Shown here: positions 10,771 through 20,803 of the stretch, piece by piece
Numbering within the stretch: position 1 is the stretch's first letter
Layout: each line of letters opens with the position of its first letter
Assembly: GCA_965218095.1 (NCBI GenBank)
Contig: OZ244587.1
Span: 4,192,001-4,256,000 of the forward strand
Source: Candidatus Poribacteria bacterium
GTDB taxonomy: Bacteria; Poribacteria; WGA-4E; PCPOR2b
DNA length: 64,000 nt
Direction: 5' to 3'
Notes under the pieces: model-generated
What the model was told of the DNA's origin: nothing
The model's input: only the letters and a program-made list of their open reading frames with translations
Database searches by the model: none
Position numbers and translations under genes: made by a program

Positions 10771-10926
10771 TGACAGTGTGCAACAGAATTAACAATGTTA
10801 AATTAGAAACGGATGCTGTTGTAAGCCTAACTTTCTAAGTTGGCTCTAAAAACCAGGATAGAATTTTGGGCTACGGGGAAATCTCACATCGTCGAGATAT
10901 TTAAATCTCGAACTGTTAAAAAAAAC

Positions 10927-12456
10927 CTATTTCGGGAGTGCCCTGGGGTTATCCCAATGCATACGTGCACTGTAAAACAACGGCGCGTATGAGGTTGCAT
11001 ACAAGGGCTTGTCTCTGTTCCCCACAGCCCCCGCGCCCCTGTCCTGGTTTTGGGCGCGTGGAATCAGCCCGCCGAGAAGTTCCTCAAGCCGTTGCTTCAT
11101 GGTTGAAACAATTTCCGGCCTCTGTTCGTGCATGTTCTGCCTTTCCTCGGGATCGGCCTGCAAATCGTACAGTTCGGGTTCTGGATCTTCCTCATCCCAG
11201 GCGGTGGCGTAGTTCCAACGGTCATCACGCACCGAAGCCCGTTTCGTCCAGCCGGTGATGGCGTAGTCGCGCAGGGTAGTTTGCTTCCCCATCGCCAGTG
11301 GCCAGACGCTGTGCCCATCCATCCCAGAAGCGGCCTGGGGGAAAGCGGCCAGGTCAAGAATGGTCGGCGCCAGGTCGTGGTTTTGTACGAAGGCGTTGAT
11401 GTCGCAATCTCGAAAAGATCTGTCGGGATGCCGGATCGTCAGGTTTTGCTGGGTGTTGAACGGGTGAAGTTCCGAATTACGCTTTCCCAATCCCGTGTGA
11501 TCAGCCAACTCAGTGCCGTGGTCGGTAAAGAAAATCACAACGGTCGAATCGGTCAATCCCAGACGGTCCAGACGCTCTAGAAACATCCCGATGTATTTGT
11601 CGGTGAAGGTTACCTCGCCCATGTAGCAGGCCTTGTAATACTCCACGAACTCTTCCGAGAGCCCCGCGATAAAGTCGCCGCGCATGTCGGAGTCAAGCGT
11701 AGGGCTCAGGATGTGTCGTGGTTGCTGGTACTTCGGTCCAGTCCAGGTGTTATTGTATCGCTTAATATATGCCAACGGCGGGTCAAAGATCTCGTGCGGC
11801 TCGAAGCAGTCGATCCATAGATAAAACGGACGATTGCGGGCATTGTCCTCGATCCAGCGACAGGCCGACGAAAAAACCTGCGGCGCAAACCAGTCGGCCT
11901 CTTGTGTACGGTCGCGAATGTTGTGGAGGTATTGTAGCACCTGGCCCTCAGAGTAGAGTGCGGCATTGGGGTCCTGCGGTGCCCTTGGCACGTAGTCGCC
12001 AAAGTAATCCTTGAAGATATTTTGGACGAGATCCCATGATCCCGTCTTCCAGCTATCACTTGTCTGTCCGCGAATCTGCTCAAAACTCAAGAATCCGCGT
12101 GTATAATTCATATTGGGCTTAAACAGATGCGGGGTATCTCCAATCAGCCCGGTGCAGTAGCCGTTCTGGACCAGGATTTCCGCGACAGTGGGGTACTCGT
12201 CGGGGATTTCGTGCCAGCCGTAATACCCGAATTTGAACGGCATGCCCCGCATGCCGGTGAAGCAACCGTTGCGGACCTGTATCGTTGCCTCTGCCTCACC
12301 GAAACAGCGTGTAAAACGAACTGATTCGGAGGCGAGTTGGTCGAGTGACGGGGTTGCGATATGGCTGAACTTCTTGCCCGATCCCACGATGTCAGCGCGA
12401 AATGTATCGACACAGACAACAACAATATTGAGGGAGTCTATTCCTGCACGTGTCAT
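10927..12456 (-). CDS. Sulfatase / alkaline-phosphatase superfamily hydrolase with atypical TxxxR motif
   Basis: VVVCVDTFRAD, TPSLDQLA, EATIQVRNGCFTG, FEPHE, TDHG, ELYDLQADPEE. Confidence 0.85.
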   Translation of the reverse strand: MTRAGIDSLNIVVVCVDTFRADIVGSGKKFSHIATPSLDQLASESVRFTRCFGEAEATIQVRNGCFTGMRGMPFKFGYYGWHEIPDEYPTVAEILVQNGYCTGLIGDTPHLFKPNMNYTRGFLSFEQIRGQTSDSWKTGSWDLVQNIFKDYFGDYVPRAPQDPNAALYSEGQVLQYLHNIRDRTQEADWFAPQVFSSACRWIEDNARNRPFYLWIDCFEPHEIFDPPLAYIKRYNNTWTGPKYQQPRHILSPTLDSDMRGDFIAGLSEEFVEYYKACYMGEVTFTDKYIGMFLERLDRLGLTDSTVVIFFTDHGTELADHTGLGKRNSELHPFNTQQNLTIRHPDRSFRDCDINAFVQNHDLAPTILDLAAFPQAASGMDGHSVWPLAMGKQTTLRDYAITGWTKRASVRDDRWNYATAWDEEDPEPELYDLQADPEERQNMHEQRPEIVSTMKQRLEELLGGLIPRAQNQDRGAGAVGNRDKPLYATSYAPLFYSARMHWDNPRALPK

Positions 12457-12479
12457 GTTCAGAGGTGCCTCCTCTATTT

Positions 12480-12760
12480 AGTTCTAAGCGTTCTTTTTAG
12501 GACTTACGCAGCTAATGTGCAGAACCTGCGATTTCACCGTATCCTGCATCTTGAATCCCTGATGGATCGGGGCAGGCTCTGAATCGGATACAAGATGTAT
12601 AGGAGGTTGAGGGCATAATCCGCCGGTTCAATTGCGTAAGTCCTGCTTTTATTAAATCGTCTTTGGTAAATTTCCAATTGAACGGTTTTGCCGTTTCATT
12701 GGAAATCGCCAAGATACATTGGCACGAATCCCGTGGACATTATCGGAATTCTGCCTTCCA
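12480..12760 (-). pseudogene. IS630-family transposase C-terminal remnant, interrupted by a MITE
   Basis: NETAKPFNWKFTKDDL-I-KERLEL reads continuously once the MITE is removed. Confidence 0.55.
12498..12645. mobile_element. MITE, 148 bp
   Basis: TIRs (T)AGGACTTACGCA and TGCGTAAGTCCT(G); 5-bp direct repeat CTTTT at 12493-12497 and 12646-12650. Confidence 0.85.
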
Positions 12761-12768
12761 AATGTACC

Positions 12769-13965
12769 TTATTGTAAACGGAAGAAACTGCCAGCGATGT
12801 AGCGTGTCCCCCCGAAATTGTTGCCGTCGTCCTCCATGTAGTAGTAGGCGGTGAAGATGCGCCCATCGTCTAGTTGCGTGGCAACAGCGTAGGCCAGGTC
12901 CCAGTCGCTGGCGTCGGCGCGGATGACCGCCTCCGCTGACCAGGAGGCCCCATCATCCTCGCTCACAATCAAGCCCATCCCGTAGGGCTCCTTTCGCCGG
13001 CCGAAAATCACCACAATTCGCCCGTCCCGCAGCCGCATCGGCCAGGGCGAGCGATAGTGAACGCCCTGCTGTCTGGCGCCCGCCCAGGCGTACCGCTCAT
13101 GGCGGGCAGCCACCCACGCCGACTGACCCCAAGCAACAATTGGTTTCGGATCGCTCCAACTATAGCCGCCATCGTCGGAGTACGCCATCTGAATCGCGTT
13201 GCGGATACCGCCGATGTTGAGCATGTAGCACTGCAACCGCCCGCTGGGCAGCAGGAGTAATCCTGCGTAGGTGGGCCGCCCCAGACTTGTTGGGTCGTGC
13301 GCCACTTGAGCCAGATACTCCCAGGTGAGACCGTTGTCGTCGGTGCCATACACGGCCGTGGCATTCTCACCCCCATCGCTGCTGCTGCCAATATGCGCTA
13401 CCGCCATCTGCGTGCCATCGGGGAACTTCGCCAGGGGGTATCCGTCCACATGTACATAGTTGAGGCCTGGCGGTGGGGGCACCCGCGTCGGGACGGTCTC
13501 CCATGTGCGTCCGCGGTCCCCAGAGCGGAAGGCAAAGCATTCAGGCGTGGGTTGCCCGCCTGCATCCGCTGAACCGGTTCGTGGGCGGGCGAAGTAGATC
13601 GCCGCGTCCGGGCTGGCGAGGTCAATCTGTTCGCGGGTAACTCCTGACTCATTAGCTCGCCACAGAATAGTGCGTAATTCCTCCACGGAGCCCGAGCCAT
13701 CCCATACCACCACATCGTTTTCACGGGGCCATGTCTCTCCGTGGTCGAGCGACCGCTGGAGCAAGATTTGCCCTCGGGCCTTTGTGCCGTGGGCGACGTC
13801 TTCGCGTACTTGATAGGGGCAAGCTGCATGGTGGTGGAGGACGGCAATCTCGCCATCCCCATAGTTGAAGATTCCGCTTTGGCGCGGGTGCCCGCAGTAC
13901 CAGTCCTTGTTATAGCAAAGCTTGATATGGTGCACATCCGTGAGTTCTGGTGCAACGTGATTCAT
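12769..13965 (-). CDS. BNR (Asp-box) sialidase-fold protein
   Basis: SLDHGETW, SGDRGRTW, TDDNGLTW, SDDGGYSW, SEDDGASW. Confidence 0.88.
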   Translation of the reverse strand: MNHVAPELTDVHHIKLCYNKDWYCGHPRQSGIFNYGDGEIAVLHHHAACPYQVREDVAHGTKARGQILLQRSLDHGETWPRENDVVVWDGSGSVEELRTILWRANESGVTREQIDLASPDAAIYFARPRTGSADAGGQPTPECFAFRSGDRGRTWETVPTRVPPPPGLNYVHVDGYPLAKFPDGTQMAVAHIGSSSDGGENATAVYGTDDNGLTWEYLAQVAHDPTSLGRPTYAGLLLLPSGRLQCYMLNIGGIRNAIQMAYSDDGGYSWSDPKPIVAWGQSAWVAARHERYAWAGARQQGVHYRSPWPMRLRDGRIVVIFGRRKEPYGMGLIVSEDDGASWSAEAVIRADASDWDLAYAVATQLDDGRIFTAYYYMEDDGNNFGGTRYIAGSFFRLQ

Positions 13966-14003
13966 CGTGAATCCTCCTTCTCTTTAGTCGTAAAGCGTCG
14001 CCT

Positions 14004-14841
14004 TTATTCAAGTATTCGGCACCTGGCGAGCATCTGCTTGCCTCGCTCCGAGAGTTTGTCGAATTCTGCCTGAGTCATTTCGATGGGAATGGGTAATGCG
14101 AACCAGGGTAGGGAATAGCAAATCACCAGCTCCGGCCTGGGGTGGTCCGAGCGGTTGGGTGTCCCGCGGTGGAGCGTGCGTGGGTCCCGAACCCACAGCG
14201 TTCCTTTCTTCAGGTTGAGGTGGCGCTTCGTGGGAAAGTCACCCTTTTCCAAAACCTCGTCGTAGCGGGGGCGTTCCTCCAGCTCCGGATCAGCTATGTA
14301 TTGGGTGGCGGGCAATACCTCGAAGCTCCCATTTTCTTCGGAGGTATCCACCAATGGGAAACAGAACGCGAAATGCGGAGAAATCTGCAGCCCAACATTC
14401 GGAACTAAGCGTGAAACCCCACCATCTCGATGCCACCGCTGGTACTCGCTGCCGAGATACGGAGTGTTCGAGTTATAACAGTTAATCAGATAGTCGCTCC
14501 TACCCCAATACCGGTCGAGATATTCCAGCAACACCGGATTCTCGTAAATCTCGGGATCTGCAAACGGCGGCCTCCAGGGAACGTGGAGTGTCCAGCGATT
14601 CAGTAATTTCTGGTAGCCATCGGTGTCCGCTTGCGTCGAGGTCGCGGAACGCAGCTTTACGCCGCTTGCGGGGTCGCTGGGAGCCCTGTGAGCCCTCACC
14701 GTTTCCAAAAGCGGCAGAAACGCCTCACGGATCCGATCGATCTTCTCGACCGGTATAAAGTCTTCAAAGATAGCGAAACCATTGATCTTCAACTCGGCAA
14801 GTTTCAGATCCAGGTCATAGTTGGATAAAGCAGATGTCATT
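14004..14841 (-). CDS. PhyH-family dioxygenase
   Basis: WHRD, NGSFEVLP, LHRGTPN; start chosen at MTSALS after AAGGAGG, by analogy to the paralog. Confidence 0.9.
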
Positions 14842-15174
14842 GGTTCCTCCTTATCGGTCTGCATAACTTCTAAGGTAAAAATTCGACTCGTTAGCGTCGA
14901 AAAAGTTTAGTCAAAACGGTTAGCTTGACGATGTATAAATGAGTGATAGAATGATGTCTCAGTTGTTCGCCTCCCTCCCCTTCCCGGTCATCGTTTCCCT
15001 CAAACGTGACAGTGCAATGATTCTTGATTGTAGCAAGGATTGGAAAAGTTATCCACAGAAAAAATTAAAAATTCCTATGTATCTGAATGAAAACTCGCTC
15101 TCATTGCACGAAATTGAGGCGCCAACCTCACCCTCAATGAACCCATCGGCGCCAATTCACACCAACATCGTCGA

Positions 15175-16149
15175 CTATGTACGTAGTCCGGCTAAAATTG
15201 CCTCCGCCAGTTCCATTGTCTTGACCGCCTCATCGAGATTGCACGCGGGCAGCGCGAAGGGATCTGCCCTGGGGCCTATTGGGAGATCCCCCTTGATGCA
15301 GTCAAGGAAATAACGGATATCCTCACGCCTTCCGTTCGTGCCCACGTCACGCAACTCGTGGCGTTGACCGTCGCAGAACACCACGCCCTGTGTCACACCT
15401 TCCAAGTATGCAGAGATGTCACGCCCGTGAATCTCGTACCGTTGAAACCGTGCATCGGTCGTGTAGTTGGCGATAAGGTGCGCGATGCAACCACTCTCAA
15501 ACACAATGAGTGCACCGTACACATCCTTGTACCGCGAGAAGGCGCGGCGCACGACGCTGTGTACCTCCGCAACCTCCGAACCCGCAATCGCCCGCACGAG
15601 GTCTATCGAGTGGATCGGCGTTTCCAACAGCATATTGTCCAGAAGTGCTTCCGGAAATCGGGCTTGTGCCTCCAAGCGGGTTATGCTCTTGTGAAACTCG
15701 CCGACCAGTTGTACCACGGGACCCCGCTCCTGGACCATCGACCACGCCTGGGCAACGATAGGGTGGAAGCGGTAACTCCAACTGACCATCGCCTTCGCAC
15801 CCGTGCGGGCAGCCGCGTCGCGCAGAGCAGTCGTCTCCGCAACGTTCATCCCCGGCGGCTTCGTCAACTCGGTGTTGACGCCACGCTCTAGACACGGCAG
15901 CGCCACACGCGCGTTGAGGTGCGCAGGGGTGATAACGAAGACCGCATCAAGCGACTCGGCATCCAATAGTTCGTCCACGCTGGCATAGCGGCCTGCCACG
16001 CCGAATTCATCGCCCGCAGCATCGCGGGCCTCGGCCACCGGGTCGCAGACGCCGACAAGTTCCACGTCTTCAAAGGTCTTCAGGTGAGCCATGTATCCGT
16101 GCCGACCGTTCGAGCCACAGCCGACAACAGCGACTCGCAGTTGCAACAT
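15175..16149 (-). CDS. Gfo/Idh/MocA oxidoreductase
   Basis: VVGCGSNG, ITPAHLN, LTKPPG (EKP variant), HSIDL. Confidence 0.88.
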   Translation of the reverse strand: MLQLRVAVVGCGSNGRHGYMAHLKTFEDVELVGVCDPVAEARDAAGDEFGVAGRYASVDELLDAESLDAVFVITPAHLNARVALPCLERGVNTELTKPPGMNVAETTALRDAAARTGAKAMVSWSYRFHPIVAQAWSMVQERGPVVQLVGEFHKSITRLEAQARFPEALLDNMLLETPIHSIDLVRAIAGSEVAEVHSVVRRAFSRYKDVYGALIVFESGCIAHLIANYTTDARFQRYEIHGRDISAYLEGVTQGVVFCDGQRHELRDVGTNGRREDIRYFLDCIKGDLPIGPRADPFALPACNLDEAVKTMELAEAILAGLRT

Positions 16150-16254
16150 GATTTTTCCTCCATATCTAACTTGACAATGTTAAATTTCAGACGAGGTTCA
16201 AGTAACACATAGCTCCGAGAGATCGGAGTAGATATGCTGAATTGTCCGATGCGA

Positions 16255-16281
16255 CCCCGACTCCATCGGGACTCAAAGCAG
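16255..16281 (+). repeat. Copy of the short CCCCGA..ATCGGGA(C/T)TCAA palindromic element
   Basis: CCCCGACTCCATCGGGACTCAAAGCAG. Confidence 0.75.
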
Positions 16282-16751
16282 CCGACAGACGAACAGGAAA
16301 CCGGTCATAGGCAGTGAAATCCCCATTGTGGCGTGGCGTGTTTAGCCAACCCAAATAGTTCCGATAGTTCGGATACGCAGTCAGAATTTCTCTGACATAG
16401 GCTTTGTCTCCGTATAGGGATCAAGTTAAGGACTGAAATACACTGATTTCGCGGATTGACGCGGATTTTTTATTCCGTTGTCTTCGACAACCAATGCCCG
16501 AATCCGTGTCTAACAAGGATCTGCAACTCACATCAGGTTTGAGGTCATCATTCGGTGAAAATTGGTATATTGATTCAGAGGTGGCAACTCGGATTATATA
16601 CCCACATTATACCGCATGGTAGATACCAAGTCAAGCGCAGAACACAAAGACGAAACACCACCCCCAAATCCCCCCGATTGCTTCGCTGCGACTCAAGCTA
16701 GTGCTGACATCCCGTTGTCAGAGGTCTGATGGACGCGCCCCCTTTTTTCGG

Positions 16752-16779
16752 TTGACACCGATTTGAGGATGGGTATAAA
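16752..16779 (+). promoter_or_regulatory. Putative sigma70 promoter
   Basis: TTGACA-16 nt-TATAAA. Confidence 0.45.
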
Positions 16780-16917
16780 CGGATCGGCGCCTAACAGCGC
16801 CAAGTAGCAATCAGAGAAAGAAACTCGCGCGTCATCTGAAGCGTTTTTCGCAAATTGATGGCTTGCGGAAATTCAGGGGGAATTTGCGAAAACTCCCCTC
16901 ATCAACCGATTTTGTCC

Positions 16918-16946
16918 TTGACAGCGATACGATCCTGTGCCATAAT
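16918..16946 (+). promoter_or_regulatory. Putative sigma70 promoter with extended -10
   Basis: TTGACA-17 nt-CATAAT preceded by TGn. Confidence 0.6.
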
Positions 16947-17677
16947 GAAAAAACAGATGCAAAAAAGCCGAAATATACATGACTTTCTCCGTCATCAATG
17001 CGGAAAAGCAGACCTTTTGTCACCTCATATAGTCATTGAGATTGAGCGTATTGAGGTAGTCGTTAAATGCTTCCCAACTATCGAATGTACCTCGACGTGC
17101 GACGCACGCGGGTGATTCGAGCTGTTAGACGAGAGGTGACGGGCGAGTGCCGGTCGCTCCGGGGACCTGGCAGCAGTACTACGGGGTGAATTTCTGGGTT
17201 GCCGACCTGGCCAGGGCAGGGCGCCGAAGCATGGTAAGCATGAATGCACTGTGCGATTAAAGCAGCGGAATCCGGCGATTGAGGAGGGTATCACCGTGGA
17301 CTTTGTCGAGCTTGACGTGCGATTCTGGCACAAGCCGGGGCGTCCGTGGCCAGAGAAAAGCACGATCTTGGAACGTTGAACCTACTGCACCACCATCCCC
17401 GAGAAAAAGGAGCAGGACATGGCAGACGACTTCATTGAGATCCGAAACCCCGTGCCGGGGACCCCGGCGCGCATCCTAGCTGAGCCTGCTTGGCGACTAC
17501 AAACCCAACATCACCCTGATGCCCGATGGCGAAATGCTGCTAGCGGCGTTCCGACCACTTCCTGCCCAACGGTAACACGCTTATCTGTGAAGGAACTGTG
17601 TCTGTTTCTGAGGGCAAGACTTTGGTGCAGATGCTCAAGGAAACCACAAATAACTGCAAAACTAAGGAGAGAAAACG

Positions 17678-18763
17678 ATGGCAGACGTAAGGAATCTTCA
17701 ACATGTGATGGTGTATCGTGATCCCGAGGGGAAGTGGAATGGGGCTTTCCCTGAGATCGGATGCATGAGCAATGGCGATCTGGTGGTGGCTTTTCGCCAA
17801 GCTCCCTATCCGGCCACGCCCATCGAAGGATTGCCAGCACGTGTGCACGCACACGGGGATGTGCGGGCTCGTGGAGCTATCATTCGCTCTACGGATGGCA
17901 GCATGACTTGGGACCACAAGACGTTTCGGATACTGGCCGAGCCACCAAATGGCGTGGAGCAGATGGCAGTAAGCGTCCTCAGCGGCGATTTCTTGCTGTC
18001 CCGCCACGCCCGATGCCGTTCCGATGGGACAGGGAACGATCTCTGGGCGCGCCGTTCTTCCGACCGGGGCGACACTTGGGACGAAGCAACGCCTGTGGAT
18101 ATGTATCCACTCACTTCGACGGCTGTGCACGCGCCGGTGTTGGAACTGCCTGATGGCACAATACTCGCCCCACACTGTGGGCCCATTGGCACAAGCGGAC
18201 CGGGTCAACACGCGCAGATTGTTATCCGCTCTACCGACCAGGGCCGGACGTGGGGCGATCCCTCCGTCATTGCTTACGACACCAGAGGATTTCATTTTTA
18301 CCACCAGTGCTCTTTGGTTCGTATGGCTGACGGCGAGATCATCGCTCTGTTTTGGTGTTGGAACATGCGCCAAGGCCTTGACGGAGAGGCGGTGAACACG
18401 CCTCACATATGGTTATCTAGATCCTGGGACGATGGGCGCACGTGGATACCGGTGGAGGAGATTCCGTTCCGTACCACCGGCGCAACTCCTAGTTTGATCG
18501 GCCTGCACGATGGCCGTCTCCTCTGCGTCTGGAGCCACCGGGGTGACCCAAGCATCCGCGCGGCAGTCAGCGAGGACCGAGGCAAGAGTTGGAGCACCTA
18601 CTATGGCACAGCACTGCGCGAAAAGCCAGGGCTGGGCTTCCGGGACATTGGGGAACCCTGCTCTAGGCAGTTGCCCGACGGGCGAATCGTCAGCGTCTAC
18701 TATTGGTTCAATAGTGACGAGGACCCTATCCTATACATTGAAGCTGCCTTTTACACCGTTTGA
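17678..18763 (+). CDS. BNR sialidase-fold protein
   Basis: STDGSMTW, SSDRGDTW, STDQGRTW, SWDDGRTW, SEDRGKSW; AAGGAG RBS. Confidence 0.88.
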   Translation: MADVRNLQHVMVYRDPEGKWNGAFPEIGCMSNGDLVVAFRQAPYPATPIEGLPARVHAHGDVRARGAIIRSTDGSMTWDHKTFRILAEPPNGVEQMAVSVLSGDFLLSRHARCRSDGTGNDLWARRSSDRGDTWDEATPVDMYPLTSTAVHAPVLELPDGTILAPHCGPIGTSGPGQHAQIVIRSTDQGRTWGDPSVIAYDTRGFHFYHQCSLVRMADGEIIALFWCWNMRQGLDGEAVNTPHIWLSRSWDDGRTWIPVEEIPFRTTGATPSLIGLHDGRLLCVWSHRGDPSIRAAVSEDRGKSWSTYYGTALREKPGLGFRDIGEPCSRQLPDGRIVSVYYWFNSDEDPILYIEAAFYTV

Positions 18764-18929
18764 TCTAACCCAATGAATGGGTGAGAGAAGATTGCGAGCC
18801 ACGTCGGTAGGCGAAGCTGGCGTGGCGGAGCAGAATTTGAACAAGTAGGAGGCCGTGTTACGGTCTATCTACCGGATTGGTTCTACAGATAGCTTCCCGA
18901 CGGCCTAATTGCGCAAGACCTGGTGTCCA

Positions 18930-19308
18930 CCAACTAGTCTTCGACAACGGGATGTACAAGCGCCACACATCGCGGGTTCTGGAAGTGGATCCGATGACGA
19001 ACCAGATCGTGTGGAGCTCTCCCGAGAACTGGTACTCGTGGCACATGTCCGGGGCACAACGCCTACCCAACGGGAACACGTTGATCTACGATGCTCCGGT
19101 GGGACGGCTGTTCGAGATCACGGCGGAAGAGGAGACCGTGTGGGAGTACTGGAGCCCGTATACCAGGGAAGGGGAGGTTGGCGACCTGGGCGGGGACACG
19201 GAGTTCGATAATCGGCTGGGAAAGGACACCCAGCGGTTGATCTACCGGGCGACGCGGTATCCGAAGGAGCACGTAGAGCGGTTGCTGCAGGAGCATGGGG
19301 GAGGCTGA
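18930..19308 (+). pseudogene. Arylsulfotransferase (ASST-like) C-terminal fragment
   Basis: LVFDNG...SRVLEVDP...MSGAQRLPNGNTLI...GRLFEIT...VWEYWSP; no credible 5' part. Confidence 0.75.
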
Positions 19309-19310
19309 AT

Positions 19311-19456
19311 AGCGGAGAGCTTCAACGGTTCAATCAGCATCGTCCGGGTGTATGGCCAGGCGCTTGGCCCGGGTGCGATTCGCGGCAACTTCATTGGCTG
19401 TTAATTCTGCGGACAAACTCACAACAACCTGGGGCCGCGTGAAAAGGGATTACTAA
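19311..19456 (+). pseudogene. LamG-domain protein 3' remnant with TWG C-terminal motif
   Basis: FNGSISIVRVYGQAL then, after a frameshift, LAVNSADKLTTTWGRVKRDY*. Confidence 0.7.
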
Positions 19457-19503
19457 CTGCCATAGGGTCATTATTGAAAAATAAACAGAGAAAGAAAACA
19501 AAT

Positions 19504-20730
19504 ATGGACCGAGCCGTCCCAACACTAACCGACATACACCACAGCAAGCTCTGCTACAGCAAGGACCGCTACTGCGGCCACCCGCGTCAGTGCGGAATCC
19601 ACAACTTCGGTAACGGTGAGATCGCCGTGCTCCACCACCATGCCCAAGCAGCCTACCAGAACTACGACGACATCACACACGGCTGGGACGATGTCGGCTA
19701 CAAGCGCCGCTGCCAGATCCTGCTCCAGCGTTCGCTCGACCACGGCCAGACCTGGCCGCGCGAAAACGATGTGACGGTCTGGAACTACAACCGTCCGTGG
19801 GACGAACTCCGCGAGTTGCTGTGGCGGGCCGATGACCCGAGCATGGCCCGCGAGACGATTGATCTGAGCAGCCCGGACGCCGTGATTTACTTCGGCCGGG
19901 CGTTGACAGGCAAAGAGAACAAAACTGGTGAGCACACCTTCGAGTGCTTTGCTTGGCGTTCGGGCGACCGCGGACGGACGTGGGAACAGGTGCCGACCCG
20001 CGTGCGACCACCGTCCGGGATGAATTATGTGCACATAGATGGCGGGCCGCTGGCGAAGTTCTCTGATGGCACCCAGCTAGCGGTAGCCAGCATCGGCGGA
20101 GACGACAGCGATGTCGGATTAACTCAGTCGGTCAATACAGGTCTGGGGATCTATGGCACCGACGACAACGGCCTGTCCTGGAAGTACGTAGCCGAAGTAA
20201 CGCGAGACACAACTGGGCGAGGGCGACCCACCTATGGCGCACTCGTCCTGCTGCCGAGTGGTCGATTGCAGTGCTATATGAACCAGATCGGGGGCATCCG
20301 CAACGGCATTCAGATGAACTACTCCGACGATGGAGGCTATAGTTGGAGCGAGCCACAGCCCCTTGTTGTCTGGGGACAGTCGCCCTGGGCATCGCTGACG
20401 CGGGACCATGCCTGGGCGGGGGCGAAGCGTAGCGGTCCCTGCTACCGCGCTCCGTGGCCGCTGCGACTACGGGATGGGCGGATTGTGGTGGTCTTCGACC
20501 GACGGCGCCCGCCGTTTGGGATGGGCCTGATCGTCAGCGAAGACGACGGCGCCATGTGGTCGGCCGAGGCGGTGATCCGTGCCGATGCCAGCGACTGGGA
20601 CCTGGGCTATCCGGTGGCCACGGAACTGGATGATGGGCGGATCTTCACAGCCTACTACTACATGGAAGACGACAAGAACAATTTCGGAGGCACGCGCTAC
20701 ACCGCTGGCAGTTCTTTCCAAATCGAATAG
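19504..20730 (+). CDS. BNR sialidase-fold protein, close paralog of 12769-13965
   Basis: Same Asp-boxes; shared YCGHPRQ, EIAVLHHHA, AEAVIRADASDWDL, RIFTAYYYMEDD. Confidence 0.88.
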   Translation: MDRAVPTLTDIHHSKLCYSKDRYCGHPRQCGIHNFGNGEIAVLHHHAQAAYQNYDDITHGWDDVGYKRRCQILLQRSLDHGQTWPRENDVTVWNYNRPWDELRELLWRADDPSMARETIDLSSPDAVIYFGRALTGKENKTGEHTFECFAWRSGDRGRTWEQVPTRVRPPSGMNYVHIDGGPLAKFSDGTQLAVASIGGDDSDVGLTQSVNTGLGIYGTDDNGLSWKYVAEVTRDTTGRGRPTYGALVLLPSGRLQCYMNQIGGIRNGIQMNYSDDGGYSWSEPQPLVVWGQSPWASLTRDHAWAGAKRSGPCYRAPWPLRLRDGRIVVVFDRRRPPFGMGLIVSEDDGAMWSAEAVIRADASDWDLGYPVATELDDGRIFTAYYYMEDDKNNFGGTRYTAGSSFQIE

Positions 20731-20803
20731 CCGCCACAGAGAGCACGGAGTCAGAGGAGCCGGAGGGGAGGAATGGGACGTAGATCCCAGAAAGGAGAGC
20801 ACA

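Noticed and set aside
17540-18406. 288-aa ORF on the minus strand
   Set aside because: Antisense to the BNR gene, which has clear motifs and an RBS.
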